Source of the DNA: Amphiscolops sp. MND2022
Taxonomy: Eukaryota
DNA length: 64,000 bases
Direction of reading: 5' to 3'
NCBI GenBank assembly: GCA_964187785.1
Contig: OZ076409.1
Span: 99,078,001 to 99,142,000 of the forward strand
This document shows positions 48,901 to 60,900 of the stretch, one piece after another. The position numbers were made by a program, and so were the translations under genes. The notes under the pieces are model-generated. The model worked only from the letters and a program-made list of their open reading frames with translations. It was not told the DNA's origin and searched no databases. Position 1 is the stretch's first letter, and each line of letters starts with the position of its first letter.

Positions 48901-51900
48901 CTGATTCCACAATTGTGAAACTACTTAGTCGGCCAATAGCGCCGTCGGTTCATTGACCTAGCACCCATTGAGGACGAGGACGAGTATACATATACCTTGG
49001 CGTAGTACTGCAAGACGTTGGGCACAATTCATTTTATAAACTCTATTTCAGGTCTGATTCCACAATTGTGAAACTACTTAGTCGGCCAATAGCGCCGTCG
49101 GTTCATTGACCTAGCACCCATTGAGGACGAGGACGAGTATACATATACCTTGGCGTAGTACTGCAAGACGTTGGGCACAATTCATTTTATAAACTCTATT
49201 TCAGGTCTGATTCCACAATTGTGAAACTTAGTCGGCCAATAGCGCCGTCGGTTCATTGACCTAGCACCCATTGAGGACGAGGACGAGTATACATGTACCT
49301 TGGCGTAGTACTACAAGACATTGGACATAATTCATTTTATAAACTCTATTTCAGGTCTAATTCCACAATTGTGAAACTACTTAGTCGGCCAATAGCGCCG
49401 TCGGTTCATTGACCTAGCACCCATTGAGGACGAGGACGAGTATACATATACCTTGGCGTAGTACTGCAAGACGTTGGGCACAATTCATTTTATAAACTCT
49501 ATTTCAGGTCTGATTCCACAATTGTGAAACTACTTAGTCGGCCAATAGCGCCGTCGGTTCATTGACCTAGCACCCATTGAGGACGAGGACGAGTATACAT
49601 GTACCTTGGCGTAGTACTACAAGACATTGGACATAATTCATTTTATAAACTCTATTTCAGGTCTAATTCCACAATTGTGAAACTACTTAGTCGGCCAATA
49701 GCGCCGTCGGTTCATTGACCTAGCACCCATTGAGGACGAGGACGAGCATACATGTACCTTGGCGTAGTACTGCAAGACGTCGGCGAGGAGTGTTTCCTCG
49801 GAGAGGACGGCGCCCATGGTGACTGCGGAGCGGTAGAAGCTCTCCAGCTGCTCCTTCATCTCCTTCAGCCGACTCTCCACGAAGCTGCTCGGCATGCGCT
49901 CCTGCTGCTTCTCCGCCTCGGCCAGCACCGACTTCAGTTGCTTGTACGTCCTGATCACCTGCACACACAACATCAACCAGTGATTGATTAACTCGTATAA
50001 TTTATGCTTTTCATCACAAACCCATTAAACCTCAAAATTACATCTTCAAAGCAATGATAGATTACCATTTCTATTTCTTCTAAAAGAAGTCGCCCCCGAA
50101 TATAGGCCGCCTTCTATTAGAAGCGGCACCAAACCTGAAAATTTGAACCCAGCCCATTGAACCACACAACAACTGATTGATTAACTCGTATAATTTATGC
50201 TTTTCATCACAAACCCATTAAACCTAACTTGACCACTGTGACGAATTCGGCGCCTTTAGGTTCTGCAAATTCTAAACGCACCAACTGATTGTATGGCAAT
50301 GAAAACTCTTGAACAAAATTTTCAGACGATTTTACAAAACGTTGCACGCCATTTCACGGAATATTGACATGATGTCTCCGAAATCAAGAAAGCGGGACCA
50401 AAAAATTTTAAAAAAATCAGTGCAAAATTTCCGTTTTTTCCAGTTTTAGTTTATGGCCACTTGATCCCACTGGAATCAACATTGGGTCAAAGCGGTCCCA
50501 ACATGTTTTGAAACATGCAGAAAAGCAATCAGAGACACGACGCGTGCAAAGTTTTGGCGCGAAGTCCGGAGGCGAGTCTTTGATTGAAAGCCCTGATTGT
50601 CTTCTTTCGAACGCGCTAAAAATCGTTTGTCGGACTTGAATAGTTTAGGAGATATTGCGGTTAAAGTTTAAGCACCCGATTATAGGATGAATTCAGAATT
50701 TTCCTGGTCAACTTAAAGTAAACCTAACAAGACGGGAATGTCTAAAGTCAACGCTATATCTAAGGCTCAAAAAGCGCAAAAGACTTTTTTTTAAATAGAC
50801 TTTTTTTAAAATAATTTTTTTCTGTCAGAAAATGTCGCATAGTGCCGAAAAATGTAAAAGGGGGGACCCTTTGGGCTTTATTGACATATATTCTGTTGCA
50901 AAATATCAAAAAACTCGAAAGGGGGACTCTTTTGAGACATTAAAAAATTTTCGAAAAAAGTCGCACAATGCCAAAAATATCGAAAGGGGGACCCTTTAGT
51001 CTCGTCCGGTTTAGTAGGTTACGTTAAAATAGTGAAAAATGAAAGGGGGGACCCTTTTGCACTAATTTCCGCTGACCGGACTTTGCCTTATGGTAGTAGT
51101 TTTAGTAGTTTCGATTGTAAGAAAAGTGGCCCAATCAGAGTGAGATTGTAGTCTGACGAAAAAAGAAAAAAAACTAGCCACTGTAAGAGTCGGGCACTTT
51201 TCACTAGAAATGCGCCGACTAAAAATTTCATCTTCAAAGCCATAGCTTACCACATTTCTTCTAACAAAATAATGAAAGGGACCGTGCGAGGTAAAACTAT
51301 GTTGGTCTGCAACGGGAATGATGGCCCATAGTTCAGAGAGTCAATTTTCTTCTAATAGAAGTTGAAGCCCCCGAAAATAGGCCGCCTTCTATTAGAAGCC
51401 GAATTAAGCCTGAAAATTTTATCTTTAAAACCATGGCTTAGCATATTTCTTCGAGAAGTCGCCCCCGATTAGAAGCCGCATCAAACCTGAAAACCTGACT
51501 TCTATTGGAATGAACATGGTCGGCTATGGCTTTTCAGATGAAATTTTCAGATTTAATGCGGCTTCTAACCGGGGGCGACTTCTGTTCGAAGAAATATGGT
51601 AAACTATGGCTTTTCAGATACAATTTTCAGGTTTAATGCGGCTTTTAATCGGGGGCGACTTCTATTCGAAGAAATTGGCAAAATATGGCTTTTAAGATGA
51701 AATTTTCACGCTTAATGCGGCGGCTTCTACTAGGGGGCGGCCTATATTCGGGGGCGACTCCTATTCGACGACATACGGTAAGCGGGGGCTTGTTGTTTCG
51801 AGGCGAGGGCGTGTATTATCTATTTTTATTCGGCGCTTTTCTAGTGAAAGAGCCCGACTATTACAATGGTTAGTTTTTTTTCTTTTTTTTTTCGTCAAAC

Positions 51901-54900
51901 CAGAGACCCCATCGCGTATGTACCACTTTTTAGTAGACTTTACTCGGTTTACGTTGAACTCAGCAGTCACGGGTTCGAGTCCTTGCTATAGCCAGAAACT
52001 TTTTCGAGCATTTGCGAAAGCGGACGAGGCTGAAGGATCCCCTCTTTCAATTTTTTTCGGCACTGTGCTACTTTTTTCGAATTTTTTTTGTCTCCAAAGG
52101 GTCCCCTCTTCAATTTATTTGATATTTTGCAACAAACCGGATTTTCAAAAAGCCCGAAGGGTCCCCCTTTTACAGGTTTAGAAACTTTGCGCTTTTTGAG
52201 CCTTCGATATAGCGCCGACTTTAGACGTTTCCGTCTTGTTCCTTGTGTATTTTGCATCTTTACCTGAGAGAAGTGTTTGATGGCAGGAATGAAGCAGACG
52301 TGGCAGCCGAAGAGGGTGAAGAAGAAGCACTCTGTGTTGAACTTGGGCAGCTCGAAGGCCTCGCCCAGAGACTTGTCTGCGTGCAGAGAGGAGCAGTAGT
52401 CCGAGAACTGCTGGCTGCCCATCTTCAGGTAGCTCTCCCCAGACACGTCGAAGCGACACCTCGGGTGCGTGAGATACACAGGGTCCACTTTGTCCAACGG
52501 AACCTACCACATACGAAACATGAGAACGGGTAATGTTACAGTGGAAGCCGCTTAAATGGGACACGCGTGAGGTGTGGCTTACCTTTTTCTCGAGGGTGCA
52601 TAGAATGGAGAGGGCGTTGAGCATGAATCCGTGGGTGGCGAGGGTGGTGGAGTCGGGGTTCATCTGGGCCCGTTTCGAGTTCCTCGTCAGCAAGTTCGAC
52701 AGGTAATCCAGGGTGGCCCCGCGGGTCGGCTGGTTCACCAGCAGCGAATGCACCAGACCAAACTGCTTCATTCTGAAACACATCATCGTCCAGACGAGTT
52801 GATATGAAATAATGGTTGCTGTAGCAAAACCAGACCATACTTTTAACCAGAATCGCACGTGCGGTAAAGGAGTCGGAAACGGATTAAAATATTGAACACA
52901 GAGGTGAAGCGGTGCTTCGCAACACATGACGAAGACATCGATTATTTTAATATGCGTATATATATTATTTTAATCGCATGCGTATATATTCAACAGTTCA
53001 ACTTTGTTCAATAACGTCCCTACGGCACAGTGGTCAACACTTATGCCGTGCAATCGGGAGGCTGCAGGTTCGAATCTCCCTGGGGTTTTGGCTTTTTTCT
53101 AAAAGGCGCTCATTATGAAGTTGACTATAGTGGAAAAAAACTTACTTAGCTGGACTGCAATGCACATTGACTTCGTCATGTGCAAAAACATATTACCTAC
53201 TTGGTCTTTTGGTCGTTTTTGGACTAATTTTGGCTACGTTTCTCAAACCCCAGTCTTACAATTTTGATGCCATTGCGCAGGCAGGAGCACCTTTGGGTCT
53301 AGAATGACTCTGCTAAATTTTATTAAAATCGTATAGACAGTTTTTGAGAAATTTGAAAATTTCATTGAAATGTCGGGAGAAAAAAGGTACCAGTGCATAA
53401 GCAAATTTTTTTCCGAATTCTAAATATATTTTGTATAACAATCGTTTCAATTCATGAAACGCTTCACATGAGAGTAAGAAAAACCTTTTAAACTGGGTGA
53501 TCCTACATTGAGCCCACTCTATCCGTACTGGTACTGGGAGGCTATTATACAGCGAACAGTCGATAGCATCTCAATAAGCGAAAAATGTTCAAAAAAGGTC
53601 TAAGATGTTTTAAAAATGATTCATAAACGGTTAGTAAGAAAGAGACATTAAACTAAATTTTAGCACTACCGCTGAATATAATCGGCCAGTCTTCGAACGA
53701 GGAAGTAAGAACTCTGGTGATCTACATTTCATATAAGACCGACGGACCATGATTTTTATTTTCCCACGCGGCCACGGGGCGAAATAAGAAACAATATTCA
53801 AATACCATTATGTGGACATAGTTTGCGGTATGTGGACATATAAGAAATTAGGTCCAGACCGACCAATGAAAAAGGAGCCCAAACAGTAGCCACAACTTAG
53901 TCGGCACTCATCTGGAATCTAGGAAAACTAGTCGAAAACAACTCGGCAAAAACAACTTGTCGAAAACACAAGGCGGAAAACTCGTCGCAAGTACAGAAAA
54001 TCATAGTTTTAACTTTGTCATCGTACTGTGTTATGAAGTTCTAAATTATTACGAAGTATTATTACACGGTAAACTATTAAAGTGAAACATTTCAAGCAAT
54101 TATAAAACTAAAAAGACATTTTCTGTGAAAATTTCACGCATCAATTATGGAAAATTCATGCATAATTGGCACTGTGTAGTACTTGTGGGTAATCTGTAAT
54201 GATTTGACGAGTTTCCACTCAATTACTATCCGAGGAGTTGAATTTCGACGAGTTTTCCGCCCTTAAATTTCGACGAATTTTCCGCCCTTAAATTTCGACG
54301 AGTTTTCCGCCCTTAAACTTCAACAAGTTTTCCGCCCTTAAATTTCGACGAGTTTTTCGCATTCCACTCATCTGCATGGAAGAGAGGACTACTAACTGAC
54401 CGACCTGATAGAACTAATAGTCTGTTGGATCTTTTTGAAGAGGACGATGTCTTTGAAGTCGCTGAGGCCACTGGGAACGACCGAAGTGGCAAACAGGGGA
54501 TCGTCCTCGTTGAGACAGGACACACTCAGGAAGGGACCCAGGAACGACAACCTCTGCATCTCTCTGCCCTCGGCCACGGTCATTGGCGGGGGCAGCCAGT
54601 TCGGGAGGGAGGGCAGAAAGTCCAGAATGGGTCGTTTGGGCTTCTTCTGACTGGGCGAAGTGACTTGGATCTCGGCCAGGGTGGAAATCATTTCGAACAT
54701 GCTTGTGCAAATGGGGTCATTGACCGAATAGTGCACGGACATGTTGCAGCAAATTCTGTTGAGCAGGGGTTCCATTACTGTGAAAAAACAAATGTTAGTC
54801 TTCAAACATTTTTTAAAATGGTTTTCCTCTACTAGTCATTTTTGTCCCCAAATTCGGGATTTTCGGTGATTATCTCTGTGGTCAATTGAATTTTGAATTC

Positions 54901-57900
54901 GGAATCGCGATTTTGGGGGCAAAAATGACTTTTTAACTTCTGAGAAAGACGAGACGAGCATTCAGAAATTCATTAGATATCATTTCTAAAGCGTTTTATC
55001 CATTTTTTCTCTACAGAGTTGCAGGGTCGTTATTAAAAACGTTCTTCAATGAAAAACTACTTTTTTTCCACGAACTTTTTCCCAGTTACTTTTTTGCTGG
55101 TGGCTCGGAAAAAGACTATTTTGACACTAATAACCAAGTTATTCCAATAGATAGTCGATTAGAAAGACACATTTTCAATTTCCCATACGTTATTTGAGGT
55201 TCGTAACTTTATATTGATTGCGAGAAAATAGCTGTCCTTATTTGAGAGCGAAATCACTGTCGTGGTTAATGATTCCAAGTTCCAGTGCCCAGTCTTGAAT
55301 TTTTTTGTCGGAAAATATATAACTATTTGTTGAGTTTGGATTTGATACCGCAAAACCTATTAAAGATGACTAAATCAGAAATGAAGCCAATTTTTGACAG
55401 TATTAGTCTGTTGTACGTACGTGACAACAGAGAAATATTATCATTCATTTTTTGAGTATGTACAATATTCGATATGAGAATGGTCAGTCAAAATCATTGA
55501 ACTAACTACTGTATAATGAATAGAAAAATCGATTGCTTCTAGGATCTTTATTTATCCACTTATCGGGTTCTTAGGGCAGGTACTCGACGAGCAGTCTGCT
55601 CTTTTCCTGTCGTGATTGGATTGGATGTTTGCTGGTTCCATAGTCACCTTCATATGGAAGTCTTTTTTGTATTTTGTATATCCAATCAAATTAACTGTTC
55701 TGTTCCAGTTAACATTCAAGTAAATTCAAGTGAATCATGCGTGGAATCAATTTTCAACAAAAACGCGTCCTTTTCCTTCAGGCCTTCAATAATGATCACA
55801 AGTTCTAGTGCACATTTAAGATTCAAGTAAATCGGTTACATGACATTTTCGTCCGATACAATTTCAACCTTCCGCAATTTCGACCTAAACTATTTTTGAC
55901 TATTTAGTCCTAAATCAGTTGAGTTATTGTTTCAGTACAAAAGTTAGTAATGAATCAAACAGCCTTAATTAATGGTAATCATTTATGAAGAAGCCAAAAC
56001 TAATCTAGCCTGGAAATTAGTACATTCGAATTGAGAAGTGTATGAAAATGAAAACCACTTCAAATAATTATATAACTAAATAGGATCCATTAGACATAAA
56101 AATTAGTTTAGGTCGAAATTGCGGAAGGTTGGAAATGCAATAGGTTGAAATTGCATAGGATGAAATGTTCTGACACCAAGGTAAATCATGTGTTTAAAGC
56201 AAACCAAACCAACCTTGGGCGAAAGTGTGGGAGTGGAATTCGGAGCCCATCACTGAACAGAGAAGAGCCACAAAATCGAACGAGACGATCTTCTCGGTGA
56301 GACAGTGCAATAAAACCGAGTCTGCCGAACTGTCGTCACTCCGTGAAGCAGATGAACAACTCTCAGAGGAACAGGAAGAGGAGAAGGAGGAGGAGTTGAA
56401 AAAATGGCTGAGCACCAAAACTGCATATCTGAAATTTGAAAAAAAAAACAAGATGCTGAGATACAAAATATACACAATCACATTTTTCCAGAGATTTTAC
56501 AAAAATCAGGAAGAAAATCGAAAGGCTTTTCTTCAACTGGAGAAAGCTAAAGTCGGTGTGAAAAACAAGACAAAACTTTGCGAATGGGAGCCCAAAAAAG
56601 CGATATTTGACAAAAAGGCAGAAAAACCCATCGAAATCGAGAAATTGTTAGGGGGGTCTCACAGTGCCGAAAAAAACAGTGAAACCAAACCTTCTGACTT
56701 GTCTAGTAACGACAAAAGCTGTAACAACTATGGTAGCCAAAGGAAAGCTTAGAGAAATTCTGTAAAAAGTGGACCTTTCACAAAAGGAAATCACAGAAAG
56801 ATAATTGGAAGTTTTTGGGTTTTTTGGTGAGATGTTTGGACTGTTGAATCTTGGCTTCATTGGCAATGCGAATTATAAGGTGTGGGGTTTATGTAAGGTA
56901 GTTCAAATGTACCTGGCAGTAATAAGTTTAATTTGGTTGGTTAGGTCCAGACACTGGTCTCTCAGCCCACTCTTCTCGGACTGAGACAGACGGCTGAGTT
57001 GTGGGTCGGAGGAAGCGCGGTCTGCACTGAGTTGCACTTCTTGCAGGAACTGCAGACAACACACAGACTGCAAACTGCCCTCCGAAAGAGAGGGGTACCG
57101 CTTCTTCATATCCTCCATCGTGGGGGCAGAGGTCGCCGCCTGTGACAAACAAAAACACCAGTTATTTGGTGCTGTCCGTACATTACATCCAATAATTACA
57201 ATGGTTTGAAAGTGAAGCAAGACGGGAATGTCTAAAGTCAGCGCTATATCTAGGACTCAAAAAGCGCAGTTTTTAAAATATGCGTAGGACGTTTTCTCAT
57301 GAAAAATTTCTGTTTCTAACCTCCGCCTCCTCCTTAAAAAACGCAATATAGTTCGGATATAACGTCAAAAGTTCGGCTATAGCGCTTTACTCCGGATACT
57401 ACGAGAAGGACTTCAATAAAATCCAAGTGGGGACCCTTTGAACACGAAAAATCGAGAAAAATCTCACAGCGGCGAAAAAAAATTGAAAGGTGGGACCCTT
57501 TAGTCTCGTCCGGTTTTGTATCTTTGTATTCAGTAAAAATAGGTCCCTCCGGGGCTCAGTACTATTTCTGCTTTAATCTTTCATTAATAGTAGAATCATA
57601 TCTGGAATACCAATACATTCCGGTTTAGTCATTATTTAGCGCACAATTATTCACTGTACAACTTTACACCGCCTTTAATTCTTCTCGGACTAAAGAAAAT
57701 ATAACTACTAAGCGTAGACGAAGTTTCGCATTCGCATTTGAATGCAAGCGAAGCTCTCAACGAACGAATAATTAACACTCATTCGCTTCATCTCAATGAC
57801 GTCAGCATACGAATGCATAATTACCATTCGCTCGTTCCATCGCACGAGTATTGAAAGGTCGTCGGCAGCTTGAGAAACTTATTTCTCACGCTTACAGTCA

Positions 57901-60900
57901 CTGCCGAACAAATATCTGAGTTATTCAGTATCGTGCGAAAAATTGTACTAAAAAAATGTAGACATGTTGAGATTTCAATAATATTCCTGCTATCGCAGAA
58001 ATAATAAAAATTGAAAAGGAGACCCTTTGCAATAACTTGCATGCGTTTCCCAGGTATTCGAAACTCCGCCTTTTCCTTACCCTTCTGTGAGACTCGATGT
58101 AAGCTAACAGACGAAAATGAAGAAACTGAATATATTCATGCGGATGAATTTTTGATGAAGAAATGGACAGCTTCCTGTTTTGAGTCATCAATAAATACTC
58201 AATACGAACATAATTAGTCAAATTGTGTGAACAATGTTTTGTTCAAGCGGAAAACTACTCTAATAGAAGTTAACTTCCGGTTATGAAAAGGTTTCACTTT
58301 TAATTAGGCTAGTCTGAAATTTTTAAAGAAAAGTACTTCAAATTTTTTGGTGGTGGATGGAAAACAGAAAAGAGTCAAAATTGAAACCAAATTTCTGTGA
58401 CCAACAAAAACACCAGTTGTTTGGTGATGCCCGGACAATACGCCCGATAATTGTAATGGTTTGAAATTGAAAAAAAATCTCGAGGTTTTCACTACATTCC
58501 AGACATTTCGTAACGATTGCAGTTGCCGAAGAGTAGCAGTCTTCTTCACAGAAAAATCACAGAATCTAGAAATTCTGAAAACAAGAGTCCTGTTTACTGA
58601 ATAACAGTGAAAACTTATGGCATTATGTTTGTGATTGCCCCTCAAGCAACTGCGGGGGATAAACAATATGTCGACATTGTTTTCGTTGAAATATCGGTCC
58701 AATTAAATATATGATGGCGACGAATCGAGGGAAACTCGTCGAAAACATCTCGTCGGAAACAAGTCGCCGAGAACAAGTGGTCGAAAACACTAGGCAGAAA
58801 ACTCGTCGAAAAACAACTCGCCTAAAATTCTCCGGCGGAAAACTCGTCGCAAGAACAGAAAATATAACGTCGCAAGTCTCAGACAAATATAACGCTAACT
58901 TTGTGATCATACTGTGTTTTTAAGTTCCAACTTATTATAAAGTATTACACTGTTAACTATAAAAGTGAAATATTTCAAGCAATTTTATAACTAGAAGAGC
59001 TAGATTATGCGCAAAACGAAAAATCAATTGAAGAAAACTAATCAATAAATAGCACAATTAGCAGTGGATAATCCTTGTTTGTAATCTGTAGTTATTCGAC
59101 GAGTTCGCACTCAATTATTATTCGACGAGTTAATTTTCGACCAGTTTTCCGCCCTTTAATTCCGACGAGTTGCATTCGGCGAGTTGTTTTCGACGAGTTT
59201 TCCGCTTACCGATGTGGACATAATCCTGCCTTTTACATTGATTAAGACTTAAAAGTTAAGTTGCTCAGTTAATTATCTGGCAGAGAAAGTTTGTTTTAGA
59301 AGGCCTTTCCATACGAATTTGATTTGTTCCAGGCGTGAAATTTTGCTATTTTGGAAAAAATCGGAAAATCATCGGTAGACAATTCTTCAAGTACTTGTAA
59401 CCATGTAAATTTTTAATTAGTGCTAGAACTTTTTTCAGGAATAAAACGTGTTTTCGTGTAGGGGGAAATACGAAACAAGGTGTACCTGGGAGGGGGAATA
59501 AGAAACATTGTCCAACTAATTAATGTAATGAAAAGTTTCACAAACCCCTGATTGAGACGAGGAGGAAAAGAAATTTGCACATGAATCCAGAATAGATTCT
59601 CCCAAAAACAGAGTCGGGTTGGATTCGAACACACGTTCAGTGACTGAGGAGTCAAATTTCACGTGTGGGCCACAGACGTGCTGAGAGAACTTGAGAAGGG
59701 AAGATAACTGAGCTGGCGGGCAGTGAGGTTTGGCTGCTGGTTGCTTGTGAGTGCTGCTGTTTCTATCATTCTCAGAAGCAGCTGAGGCTTTGGGGGTGTT
59801 TGTGTTGTTTACTTGTGATGTCGCTTTAGGAGCAGAAACATTCGCATCCTCAGGTAGCCGTGAACTCTGAAACAAGTTCGTGTAACAATGAACAACTTGA
59901 GCATGCACTTTTTTAGTCGGGGCGTTTTCCTTTTAAGCAAAAATGCCCGACTATAGCAGTGACCTTTTTTTCCTTCAGAGCACAGACATTACACTCATCG
60001 GTCCACTTTTTAGAAACAATGCTGAAACCACATAAGGCGCCAAGTCTGACCAAGGGGCCAAGGCCAACTTAGTCCAAAGGGTCCCCCTTTCATTTTTTAC
60101 TTTTTCATGGTAACCTACAAAACCGGACGGGACTAAAGGGTCCCTCCTTTGGATTTTTTCGGCACTGTGCGACTTTTTTTCGAAAATTTTTTAATGTCCC
60201 CAAAAGGTCCCCCTTCAAGTTTTTTGATATTTTGCAACAGAATGTATGTTCATAAATCCAGAAGGGTTCCCCCTTTTACATTTTTCGGCACTATGCGACA
60301 TTTTTCGAAAGAAAAAAATTCAAAAATTTCAAGTTACTTTCCAAAAAAAATGTTTTGCGCGTTTTGAGCCTTAGATATAGCGCCGACTTTAGACGTTCTC
60401 GTCTCATTTGAAGAAGACTTAATTCAATCTCCGCGTGCGCTGGGAACATATGGAAAATAGATGTATGAATTATGAAGTTTATAAATTTATAACAGAAATT
60501 GGGCCTCGTCTAGGCAGCATTCATGTCACTTAGGGGGTTACACGCCAGTTCTAAAATACTTCTAGTGTATTCGCAAAAATTGACAAGTCTACTTAATTCT
60601 TCAGGTTACTACTAATTAAATTTTGGAAAACGAGGATATTTGGGGGATAATTCCACGTAATGGTACTCATCGGGGGTACACTCAGTACACCCAGGCACAC
60701 TCAGTATTGTTTAGCCTAGCACTCACTCTTGGCAGTGCATATAATGCATATCAAAACCTAGCTAACTTAATTTGGGTGCAGGGCAGCAAAAGCTTGAGGT
60801 ACGGTTCTAATCTGAACTCATTTTTAGTCGGCTCTTTTCTTGAGAAAAGAGTCGACTATAGTCATGGCTTTTCGTCAGTCTTTTTTCGATACACCTGAAG

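Noticed and set aside
52240..52264. HINEs targeting exon borders (several lie within ~50 bp of exons)
   Set aside because: Repeat density is high enough that proximity may be chance; it cannot be tested within one window.
55560..55650. Extra UBE4B exon
   Set aside because: Candidate frames hit stops, and exons 4 and 5 already join in phase.
56225..56752. 175-aa plus-strand ORF, and similar plus-strand ORFs over exons at 54425, 52243, 47501, 43592, 27552 and 18067
   Set aside because: Antisense shadows of real minus-strand exons.
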